Below, piece after piece: positions 18,635 to 30,285 of a DNA stretch of 32,628 nt (the first letter of the stretch is position 1; each line of letters begins with the position of its first letter). The notes under the pieces are model-generated. The model searched no databases, was not told the DNA's origin, and saw only the letters and a program-made list of their open reading frames with translations. The DNA lies in NCBI GenBank assembly GCA_024762915.1, contig JANTGL010000003.1:1-32628 (forward strand), written 5' to 3'. The stretch comes from Bacteroidales bacterium. GTDB taxonomy: Bacteria > Bacteroidota > Bacteroidia > Bacteroidales > JAADGE01. A program made the position numbers and the translations under genes.

Positions 18635-18646
18635 AATAAATTCGAG

Positions 18647-18853
18647 CTAAATAATTGTTTGAACCCGACCGATTTCGCCGGTTTCCAATTCAACTTTTAT
18701 ACCGTGCGGATGTGTTGCCGATTTTGTCAAAATTCGTTTAACAAAACCGTCGGTTAATTCACCGGTTCTTTGATGCTGTTTTTGAACAATTTCAACTTCT
18801 TGTCCGATTTTAATATCTTTTCTGTTTTTACCGCTGAGTTTTTGGTGTTCCAT
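18647..18853 (-). CDS. YwbE family protein (DUF2196)
   Basis: R.DIKIG..VEIVQKQHQRTGELTDG.VKRILTKSATHPHGIKVELETGEIGRV. Confidence 0.9.
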   Translation of the reverse strand: MEHQKLSGKNRKDIKIGQEVEIVQKQHQRTGELTDGFVKRILTKSATHPHGIKVELETGEIGRVQTII

Positions 18854-19592
18854 TTTTTCTGTTTTTTATTTCTCTGACAATTAATGAGATATCTGCGTAA
18901 AAATAATATAAACCTATTAAAATACCTATGATACCAATTATAGGTTGACGAATATTTAAAGGATTAAAAATCATTCGAAATCCGAAAATAATTACAAAAA
19001 TAAATGCAGGATAAGTAAAAAATCGTATAATTATTCGTTTAAAAGACCATTCTCTTTTAGTTTTTAAAATTGTTTTCTCTTCAGGTATTCCGTTAAAAAT
19101 ATTTTTCAAGTGAATATTAAATGTGTTCAAGTATTTTTTATTCGAGCTGAATAATTGAATATAAGGATTATCCGGATTTTTTATGCTGTTAATCAGAAAT
19201 TTTCCCTCACTGAAAATAACAGTTATTTGAGTTCGTGCAATACCTTTTTCATTTTGAGAAATGGCATTTCTATATTGATAAGCAATAATAGATCTTTCAT
19301 TTATTTCACCAATCACAAAATCATATTCTCTGAAAGTACGATTTAATGCTTCAATAATATCTCCTTTTAAAAAAGTTCCCTTAAATTCTCTGAAATTTAA
19401 TTTATTTCTGTAATATAAAATAATTATGATTGATATTGCAAGCCAAATCCAAATTAAAATATCGGAAAAATTATAAGTAACTAAAAGAAAAAAAGCAGGA
19501 AGAATCAGAATTGAATAGTGATTGAAAATTTGTCCGAAAGATAATTTTAATTTTCTGTTTTTAATAATGTAATCAATTTCTGAATTTGTCAT
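18828..19592 (-). CDS. hypothetical membrane protein (2 TM + soluble domain + 2 TM)
   Basis: 254 aa ORF filling the gap between dapA and ywbE; four hydrophobic segments; very AT-rich. Confidence 0.75.
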   Translation of the reverse strand: MTNSEIDYIIKNRKLKLSFGQIFNHYSILILPAFFLLVTYNFSDILIWIWLAISIIIILYYRNKLNFREFKGTFLKGDIIEALNRTFREYDFVIGEINERSIIAYQYRNAISQNEKGIARTQITVIFSEGKFLINSIKNPDNPYIQLFSSNKKYLNTFNIHLKNIFNGIPEEKTILKTKREWSFKRIIIRFFTYPAFIFVIIFGFRMIFNPLNIRQPIIGIIGILIGLYYFYADISLIVREIKNRKNGTPKTQR

Positions 19593-19604
19593 TTTTACGA
19601 CTAA

Positions 19605-20483
19605 TTATATGTTCTTCATCAATGCCTCAATTTTCTCATATGTTTCACGACTGACCGATGCCAACGGTAAACGAACAAATTTCTTACAAATACCCAGAAT
19701 TTCCAATGCGGCTTTTACGCCTCCGGGATTACCTTCGGAAAATAAAGTATTTGTAAAATCGAGCAATTTGTAGTGAAGTTTTTGTGCGGTTTTTATGTCG
19801 TATTTTAAAGCAGCTCTTACCATATCTGAAAATTCTTTCGGATAGGCATTTGCCGTAACGGAAATAACACCGCTCATTCCCAGAGTGATATAGGGCAGGG
19901 TATAAGTATCGTCACCCGAGAGAACCGTAAAATTATCGGGTTTGTTTTTCAGGATTTGCATCACTTGATTAAAGTTTCCTGATGCTTCTTTTACGGCAAT
20001 GATATTTTCAAAATCATTTGCCAGTTTCAAAGTTGTTTCGGCTGAGATATTTACGGATGTTCTGCCCGGAACGTTATACAAAATAACCGGAACGGGTGAT
20101 GCACCGGCAATACTTTTATAATGAATGTATAAACCTTTTTGTGTCGGTTTGTTGTAATAAGGTGCAGCCGAGAGAATGGCATCAACATTCGTAAAATCAG
20201 TTTTTTTTATTCTGTTAATAACGGCTTGTGTATTATTTCCGCCGATACCGAACACAATCGGTAATTTATGATCCGAAACTTCGGCAATATAATTTAAAAC
20301 GGCTTCTTGTTCTTGTATTGTTAATGTGGGATTTTCGCCGGTTGTTCCCATTACCACAAGAAATTCAACACCGCCGTTTACGATGTGTTCGGTTAATTTT
20401 TCCAAAGCATTAAAATCAATGCTGTCATCATATCTGAAAGGAGTAACCATGGCTACACCTGTTCCTTTTAATTTGTTTTGCAT
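19605..20483 (-). CDS. dapA: 4-hydroxy-tetrahydrodipicolinate synthase
   Basis: AMVTPF, GTTGE, PYYNKPTQ, LYNVPGRT, AVKEASG, LSGDD, NPGGVK. Confidence 0.97.
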   Translation of the reverse strand: MQNKLKGTGVAMVTPFRYDDSIDFNALEKLTEHIVNGGVEFLVVMGTTGENPTLTIQEQEAVLNYIAEVSDHKLPIVFGIGGNNTQAVINRIKKTDFTNVDAILSAAPYYNKPTQKGLYIHYKSIAGASPVPVILYNVPGRTSVNISAETTLKLANDFENIIAVKEASGNFNQVMQILKNKPDNFTVLSGDDTYTLPYITLGMSGVISVTANAYPKEFSDMVRAALKYDIKTAQKLHYKLLDFTNTLFSEGNPGGVKAALEILGICKKFVRLPLASVSRETYEKIEALMKNI

Positions 20484-20501
20484 TTTTTAGCTTTTAAGAT
20501 C

Positions 20502-21023
20502 TTATGCTTGTTTTATAACACTCAAATAATAAGTAACCTGTTCTATAAGGAAATTTAAATTTTGATTGTTGTTCAGATTTATATTCAAATCGGAATATTT
20601 ACAATCAATAAGTCCCGAAACTTTAAACTTCGCTTTTGAAAGCGCAAAAAGATATTCGGTATAAAATAGTTTTTCGGTACAAAGATTGATAAGGATATCC
20701 GTTTTTTCATTCAGAAAATCACTGATAACAGATTCATTTATTTTACCGAATTTTGTTATGTGTTTATCCGAAAAAAAATTATTCTTATCTTGTCCGAAAT
20801 AATTATTTCCGATTTCATCAGGTTTGAAAACATATGCTAATGTACTGACAATTATGCCTTTTTTAGATAGTTCGGAAGAAAATTGCTTTACCTTTTCATA
20901 ATCGGATTTATTTCGAATGCAATATAAAACAGAAATAGTATTTGCAGTTTCAAAATTAGAAAATTGAACGTCACGCCGAATGCGTTTAATGTTTTTTGTG
21001 ATGATAAAATCTTTTAAACTCAC
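20502..21023 (-). CDS. conserved Bacteroidota hypothetical protein (DUF6913-like)
   Basis: GTG start; DFLNEKTDILIN..SKAKFKVSG..YSDLNI pattern; position just upstream of dapA. Confidence 0.7.
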   Translation of the reverse strand: MSLKDFIITKNIKRIRRDVQFSNFETANTISVLYCIRNKSDYEKVKQFSSELSKKGIIVSTLAYVFKPDEIGNNYFGQDKNNFFSDKHITKFGKINESVISDFLNEKTDILINLCTEKLFYTEYLFALSKAKFKVSGLIDCKYSDLNINLNNNQNLNFLIEQVTYYLSVIKQA

Positions 21024-21081
21024 TTTCCCGGGTTTATATTTTTATTTACAATATTACAAAATCAAAACGGTTTTAAAAAAT

Positions 21082-24094
<3,013 letters not shown>

Positions 24095-24103
24095 TGTATG
24101 AGA

Positions 24104-25165
24104 TTAATTATTAAGTATTTGCATGGCTTCTTTAAGAGTGATTAGTTTGCCGTTATTGATTGCTATTACATAAGCTTCAGGTATTTTTTTTTGAACTTCT
24201 TTTTGAAGCTTTGCTATTTCATTATAGGATTTCGTATTGCCGGTAAAATATCGATAATACCTGCCGTCTTCAATACATTCGACATTTTTAATACCTTTAA
24301 AATTCTCAGGATTTGTATCTATCTTTTTACTTGAAAATGAAAGTTGAACTTTAAATGTAATATCATTATTTGTATTAACTGTTTTATTTTGATGTTCGGT
24401 TTCGTATTTGTATTTTTTGACGGCACGGTATATGGCTGAAGCAATAATTGCTTGACCGTTTTCAGTATTTAAAAATTTTTCTTCAGTCGGATTTGTTATA
24501 AAACCGGTTTCAATTAAAATACTCGGCATCGAACAGTTCCACAGAACGACTAAACCGGCTTGTCTGACATCTCGATCGGATCTCTTTGCTTTTTCTTTAA
24601 ATTCTTCTTGTACCAATTCAGCTAATCTGATACTTTTTTCAAGATAAGCATTTTGATATAATGAAAAAATAATATCGGATTCGGGAGAATTCGGGTCAAA
24701 CCCTTCATATTTTGTTTGGTAATTATCTTCAATGAGAATAACCGAGTTTTCACGTTTTACAACATTTAATTGTTTGTCAGCTCGGTTTAATCCCATTATA
24801 AAAGTTGAAGTTCCGGTTACTGTTTTTTTTGTGCTGGCATTCACATGAATCGAAATAAATAAATCGGCATTATTGCGATTTGCTGTTTCGGAACGTTCAT
24901 GAAGTTCAATAAACTTATCAGTTTTTCGCGTATAAATTACTTTGACGTCCGGTAAATTTTCTTCAATGTATTTTCCTAACTTTAAAGCAATTGCAAGAGT
25001 GATGTTTTTTTCTTTACTTATTGTCCCTGAAGCACCCGGATCTTTTCCTCCGTGTCCTGCATCAATAATAATAACATTAACTTTATCGTTCTTATTTTGG
25101 GCTGTTGATATTTGACAGAAAAAAAAGATTCCGACAACAAAAAGAAGTTTAAAGAGTTTATTCAT
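24104..25165 (-). CDS. N-acetylmuramoyl-L-alanine amidase (Amidase_3) with C-terminal SPOR-like domain
   Basis: IDAGHGGKDPGA, EKNITL, FISIHVN, MPSILIETGFITN; tail FKVQL..YRYFTG..EAYVIA. Confidence 0.94.
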   Translation of the reverse strand: MNKLFKLLFVVGIFFFCQISTAQNKNDKVNVIIIDAGHGGKDPGASGTISKEKNITLAIALKLGKYIEENLPDVKVIYTRKTDKFIELHERSETANRNNADLFISIHVNASTKKTVTGTSTFIMGLNRADKQLNVVKRENSVILIEDNYQTKYEGFDPNSPESDIIFSLYQNAYLEKSIRLAELVQEEFKEKAKRSDRDVRQAGLVVLWNCSMPSILIETGFITNPTEEKFLNTENGQAIIASAIYRAVKKYKYETEHQNKTVNTNNDITFKVQLSFSSKKIDTNPENFKGIKNVECIEDGRYYRYFTGNTKSYNEIAKLQKEVQKKIPEAYVIAINNGKLITLKEAMQILNN

Positions 25166-25233
25166 TTTAAGTTTTTTTCAATTCTTTTAACAATAATTAA
25201 TACAATGAGTTTCTAATAATTGTGTTAATATTT

Positions 25234-25241
25234 TAATTTTG
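25234..25241 (+). promoter_or_regulatory. -7 promoter element for lptD
   Basis: TAATTTTG(C), 16 nt upstream of TTG 25258. Confidence 0.55.
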
Positions 25242-25257
25242 CGTAAATTTACAACCT

Positions 25258-27885
25258 TTGATTCAAAACAAAAATAATATATTAATTGCAAATATTTCGG
25301 TTTTTTTCGTAAAGTATGTTTTTACGATACTGTTTTTAGTATCCGTAAGTTATTCCTTCTCACAGCAAGATTCTTTATTTCAGGATGATACAATAAAAAA
25401 TAGTCTTTCAAAAGAGACTGTATCGATAAAAGATTCAGTTTCAGAAAATAGTAAAGATACCTTAAAAAATGATGCAATATCTCCCGACGCTGTTGATCAG
25501 GTAATCGATTATGCTTGTAATGATTCTATTTTGTTTTCTTTTACCGAAGAAAAAATGTTTTTATACGGAAGCGGTGATATTACGGCAAAAGATATGGATT
25601 TAAAATCATCCTATGTTGAAATCAGTACAAAAGGCAGTTATTTGTATTCTAAAACAGTATCAGACAGCATTGGTACAACTGAAATAAAACCTATTTTGAA
25701 ACAAGATGACGAAACTTTTTCCGTCAGCAGCATTAAATATAATTTCAGAACAAAAAAAGCTCTTGTGAAAAATGTAAAAACTGAAATGGAACAAGGTTTT
25801 TTACACAGTAATGTTGCTAAAATGCAAACCAATAAAGAATTTCATATTAAAGACGGTAAATTTACGACCTGTGATTTAGATCATCCGCATTTTTATATAG
25901 AATTAACCAAAGCCAAAAAAATTCCCGATAAGCATGTTATTTCCGGACCCATGTATTTTGTGATTGCCGATATTCCGCTCTATATAATCGGTTTACCTTT
26001 CGGAATATTACCGAATCAAAAACACAATTCATCCGGTTTGATAATTCCGGAATACGGCGAAGAACGTGAAAGGGGGTTCTTCCTCCGAAACGGCGGGTAT
26101 TTTTGGGCAATTAATGATTATATTAATGCTGCTGTTCTCGGAGATATATATTCTCGCGGAAGTTGGGGACTTACGGTAAAATCAAATTTTAAAAAATTAT
26201 ATAAATATTCCGGCAGCTTGGAAATGAAATATAATCTGATACGAACCGGAGAAGAAATATTGATTGATTCAAAAAAAACAAGTTCATTTTCAATTGTAGG
26301 AAGTTTTCAACAAGATGCAAAAGCAAATCCGAACGGAACCTTTTCAACTTCACTTAATTTCGGCCAAAATTTTCAATTATCTGCACAAAATTTAAATGAT
26401 TTTACTGATAATACGAAATCTTCAAATATTTCTTACAGATGGTCAAAGCCCGGAAGTATTTTTAATTTCAGTGCAAATATCAGAGGAACTCAAAATACGA
26501 AGAATCACTCCGTAAATATTTTATTACCTGATTTATCTTTTAACATAAAAAGACAGATGCCGTTCAAAAGACTCGGTGTCGGAACAAATAAATGGTACCA
26601 AAAAATCGGCTATACTTTTAGTGTAAAAGCAAAAAATTCATTAACAACCGGTGATTCAACTTTGTTTCAAAAAGATGTCTTGTATAAAATGAAAAACGGT
26701 TTACAATATAACTTACCTGTCAGTACGTCTTTTTCTTTGTTAAATTATATTAATGTAAGTCCGTCATTAAATATTACGGGGCGTGCTTACACTAATTATA
26801 TCAGACAAAATAATATTGTCTTAATCGAAAATAATGAAATCGTTTCTGCGATTAAAAATGATACCGTATACAAAACGACATTTCCGTTTGATTTTTCTTT
26901 TTCAATTCCAATGTCAACTAAAATATACGGTATTTTTAATATAAATAAAGGACGATTACAAGCAATACGCCATGTCATGTCTCCTTCCTTGTCATTTAGT
27001 TATCGACCGGATTTCAGCCGAGAATTTTGGGGGTATTACGGATTTGATAATACGGACAGTACATTTTATTCTTATTATAAGGGAAATTTATTTAACGGAC
27101 CGCCGTCCGGAGAATCAGGTGCAATCAATTTTTCTTTAGGGAATAATTTTGAAATGAAATTAAAAAGTAAAAATGATACGGTTTCAGAATCGAAAAAAGT
27201 TAAATTATTGGATAATTTAAATATGGGGATTTCATACAATTTAGCTGCTGATTCAATTAATTTTTCAAATCTTTCAATTCGAGGGAATACCAGATTACTG
27301 AAAAATTTTTCCTTAACATTCGGTGCGGATTTTGATCCTTATGTCAGAGATTCGGCAGGTTTAAAAATAAATACGTTTGAATGGAATGAAAATCATCGTA
27401 TTGTCAGATTTAATACCGGGCGTATCGGACTGTCGGGTTCTTTAAAACCGACTAAATCAAAAACGAAAGAAAACCAAATTCATTCGGATTTTTACTATTA
27501 TCAACATCCGGAAATCCCTTATGCTGATTTTGATATTCCATGGAATTTAACCGCAAATTATAATTTGAATATTGTTAATAAATTTGATAGTCCCTCCCAA
27601 CTTTATGTCAGAAATTTAACACAAACAGTTTCTTTAAGCGGTAATTTTTCCTTAACGGAAAATTGGAAAATCACGGCAAAAACAAATTATGACATTGCTG
27701 CTAAAAAGTTTTCATATGCACAATTTACGGTTTATCGTGATTTGCATTGTTGGGAAATGAGTTTTAATGTCATTCCTTTCGGAACATTAAGAAGTTATTC
27801 CTTTCGAATCAATATAAAATCTTCGGTATTCAAGGGTGTTGAATACAATAAACGAAAAGAATGGAATAAAAGTAAACTTTATTAA
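25258..27885 (+). CDS. lptD: putative LPS assembly protein LptD (Bacteroidota type)
   Basis: Signal peptide; KFTTCDLDHPHF, SGLIIPEYGE, GFFLRNGGYF, IRHVMSPS, RDLHCWEMSF; beta-barrel pattern; divergent from the amidase. Confidence 0.88.
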   Translation: MIQNKNNILIANISVFFVKYVFTILFLVSVSYSFSQQDSLFQDDTIKNSLSKETVSIKDSVSENSKDTLKNDAISPDAVDQVIDYACNDSILFSFTEEKMFLYGSGDITAKDMDLKSSYVEISTKGSYLYSKTVSDSIGTTEIKPILKQDDETFSVSSIKYNFRTKKALVKNVKTEMEQGFLHSNVAKMQTNKEFHIKDGKFTTCDLDHPHFYIELTKAKKIPDKHVISGPMYFVIADIPLYIIGLPFGILPNQKHNSSGLIIPEYGEERERGFFLRNGGYFWAINDYINAAVLGDIYSRGSWGLTVKSNFKKLYKYSGSLEMKYNLIRTGEEILIDSKKTSSFSIVGSFQQDAKANPNGTFSTSLNFGQNFQLSAQNLNDFTDNTKSSNISYRWSKPGSIFNFSANIRGTQNTKNHSVNILLPDLSFNIKRQMPFKRLGVGTNKWYQKIGYTFSVKAKNSLTTGDSTLFQKDVLYKMKNGLQYNLPVSTSFSLLNYINVSPSLNITGRAYTNYIRQNNIVLIENNEIVSAIKNDTVYKTTFPFDFSFSIPMSTKIYGIFNINKGRLQAIRHVMSPSLSFSYRPDFSREFWGYYGFDNTDSTFYSYYKGNLFNGPPSGESGAINFSLGNNFEMKLKSKNDTVSESKKVKLLDNLNMGISYNLAADSINFSNLSIRGNTRLLKNFSLTFGADFDPYVRDSAGLKINTFEWNENHRIVRFNTGRIGLSGSLKPTKSKTKENQIHSDFYYYQHPEIPYADFDIPWNLTANYNLNIVNKFDSPSQLYVRNLTQTVSLSGNFSLTENWKITAKTNYDIAAKKFSYAQFTVYRDLHCWEMSFNVIPFGTLRSYSFRINIKSSVFKGVEYNKRKEWNKSKLY

Positions 27886-27903
27886 AATGCCGTAAGTATT
27901 TAA

Positions 27904-28791
27904 TTATTCCTGTTGGGAATAAGTATGGACACTGTTTTTTGCAGAAGGCATATAATTTACACCAAACCAGGCAGATAACAAAAACACAAAAGAGATACTT
28001 AGTATCCATAAATGTAATTTTGTACGATTTTTATGATGTGTTCTGATATGAATGTAAATAAGATACACCAACAATGTTAATAATGCCCATGTTTCCTTCG
28101 GATCCCAAGTCCAATAATTCCCCCATGCTTCTTTAGCCCAAAGCGCACCGAATGTAATTCCCAATGTTAAAAAGGCAAATCCGATATATACAATATCGTC
28201 TGCCATTTTTAAAATTTTATGATTGTCTTCATTCTTTTCATCAGACAAAATATCAATAATAAAAAAAATCGGATAAAAAATTATTGAGATTATTTTGCCG
28301 AATACATTCAGATTCGGATAAGATTTAATAAGACCTTTAATAGAAACTAACCAAGAAACTCCCAAAACGGCATATGATAAAATATAAACAATGACATGAG
28401 GAACAAACCAATAACTTTGTAATGCCGGCATTAAGGTTTTATTATAAGTCTCGGGATGAGCTAAATTTACAAATATAAATACCAAAGCCATTAAATTCGT
28501 GAAAGCCAAAAACCAAAAATATTTCCAGCGGTTAAAAGTTATAATTCCTAATAAAATTAAGAAAACAGAATACCATAATCTTGTTTCTCCTTTTGTTCTA
28601 AGAGGAGGGCGTTCAAGATGTATCCAAAGCCCTGTAATAAAAATTATAAAAATAATTAATGCTGTAATTGTCAGTAAATTAGCTAAAGTAACCTTAAGTT
28701 TCCTTTTTATCGGGAAAAATAATAGACCAAAAGCTAAAATAAGTAATGCGGAAGCTGAATATGCTGCTAAAGGAAAATTTGTCCAGTTCAT
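27904..28791 (-). CDS. ccsA: cytochrome c biogenesis protein CcsA (System II)
   Basis: RPPLRT.GET, LMPALQSYWFVPHV, WWD motif WAKEAWGNYWTWDPKETW, SVHTY. Confidence 0.95.
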   Translation of the reverse strand: MNWTNFPLAAYSASALLILAFGLLFFPIKRKLKVTLANLLTITALIIFIIFITGLWIHLERPPLRTKGETRLWYSVFLILLGIITFNRWKYFWFLAFTNLMALVFIFVNLAHPETYNKTLMPALQSYWFVPHVIVYILSYAVLGVSWLVSIKGLIKSYPNLNVFGKIISIIFYPIFFIIDILSDEKNEDNHKILKMADDIVYIGFAFLTLGITFGALWAKEAWGNYWTWDPKETWALLTLLVYLIYIHIRTHHKNRTKLHLWILSISFVFLLSAWFGVNYMPSAKNSVHTYSQQE

Positions 28792-28792
28792 T

Positions 28793-30100
28793 TTATTGAT
28801 TTTTTTCGTTTAAATTATTATTTTTTTCTTCTTCCTCTTCTTTTTTTGAGCTAAAACTTCCTATCCAAAAAATGTAAAATGCTCCGGCGATTAACAGAAA
28901 AATTCCGCTGTAAACAACCGGAAGCCACGGATCTTTTCCGGCTTCAATAAGACTGTAGTTCGACCATTTTCCCATTTGTTCGTTATAACTTGTTTGATAC
29001 AGTTTCCATCCTTCAACCACTTTAGGGCTGTTAACTTTCAATGAAAATTCTTCGGTATTTTCGCCCGGCAGAAAAGCTTTAACATGAGAACTGAATTCTT
29101 TTGCTTCGGGTTGCAACATTGCAAAATAATAGTTGTTGTTTACATCAATATTTTTGCGAGACCAGGCAAAATTTCCGCAAGTCATCCATCCGCTTTTAAT
29201 AATTGAATCATTTTTATCATAAACCTCAACTTCGGCTGCCGGAAGGGAAGCAAAAGCATTGGTTGAAGTAAATTCCTGATACAAACTGTCAGAAGGATAG
29301 GCATATTTATAAAAAGTTTTAATCTTTATTTTCCAATCTAAGAATTTTTCTTCGTCATTTTTATGAATGATGAAGTGTTGATTGCTTTCGGGCATCAGCA
29401 AATTATTTGTCTTTTTTTCAACCAATACAATTTTCGGATTATATTCGGAAATATCAAATTTCACCAATTGCAGCTTAAAGGGTAATTTATATTGTTTATC
29501 AGAAAAAAAATCTTTTACAATATTGGTCGGTGCCGCATCATTATTTAACACAAAATACGTTCGTTTTGCATCGGAACTTCCGGCGACACCTGCTAAAATA
29601 ATGATGTATAAACCTAAATGACTCAATAAAGTTCCGAGTCTTTTGAATTTAAACGGATAAGCAATTTTTACGGTTGCAAAACCCAGAGAAGTTAAGAAAA
29701 ACAAATAGGAAAGGCCTAATAACCAACTTGTTGAAAGATGTTTAAATCCGATATCAAACCAAAAATTATTTTTCAATATGACACCCGGATCGGTTTGAGG
29801 AATTATTCCCAACAAAGCAGAAGTTACGGCAAAAAGAACCGTAGATGTGACTGCAGCAGGAATGCTTGAAAGCCATTTTATAATTTTCTGTTCTCTTTCA
29901 AATTTATACAAAACAATAATTAGCAATGAATAACTAATTGAAATTGATAAGTTTAAAGGAAATTCCGGAAAATTAATCGGGTTTTTCGTGATGAACCCTA
30001 CTATTATTCCTAATAGAATTAACAGTCCTGATATTACAAAACCCTCTTTATATTGCCATGTACCGTGAAATAATTTTCTTTTCAATTTTTCTTTTTCCAC
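28793..30100 (-). CDS. ccsB: cytochrome c biogenesis protein CcsB/ResB-like
   Basis: Multi-TM N-terminus with LSHLGL, large periplasmic domain (LPFKLQLVKF, VNSP, WKLYQTSY), DPWLPVVYSG TM. Start moved to GTG 30100 because a -7 box lies inside the longer ORF (30163). Confidence 0.82.
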   Translation of the reverse strand: MEKEKLKRKLFHGTWQYKEGFVISGLLILLGIIVGFITKNPINFPEFPLNLSISISYSLLIIVLYKFEREQKIIKWLSSIPAAVTSTVLFAVTSALLGIIPQTDPGVILKNNFWFDIGFKHLSTSWLLGLSYLFFLTSLGFATVKIAYPFKFKRLGTLLSHLGLYIIILAGVAGSSDAKRTYFVLNNDAAPTNIVKDFFSDKQYKLPFKLQLVKFDISEYNPKIVLVEKKTNNLLMPESNQHFIIHKNDEEKFLDWKIKIKTFYKYAYPSDSLYQEFTSTNAFASLPAAEVEVYDKNDSIIKSGWMTCGNFAWSRKNIDVNNNYYFAMLQPEAKEFSSHVKAFLPGENTEEFSLKVNSPKVVEGWKLYQTSYNEQMGKWSNYSLIEAGKDPWLPVVYSGIFLLIAGAFYIFWIGSFSSKKEEEEEKNNNLNEKNQ

Positions 30101-30117
30101 TACGTTTCTTTTTTTTG

Positions 30118-30125
30118 CAAAGATA
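30118..30125 (-). promoter_or_regulatory. -7 promoter element for ccsBA
   Basis: TATCTTTG(C) on the minus strand, 17 nt upstream of GTG 30100. Confidence 0.65.
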
Positions 30126-30203
30126 AAAAAACATACTAAAAAGTCTTTTATTATTGAAAACATATTATTTTTATTTCAATAATTCTCGATTATTATTAAT
30201 TTA

Positions 30204-30235
30204 TTTGACGAATTACAGTTAAAATATTATTTTCG
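30204..30235 (+). promoter_or_regulatory. -33/-7 promoter for DUF349-pyrG
   Basis: TTTG (30204-30207), 20-nt spacer, TATTTTCG (one mismatch to TAnnTTTG). Confidence 0.5.
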
Positions 30236-30285
30236 CAGATTGAAATTAATTATGTTCTGAATAAATGTTTTTATTATAAAATTAA

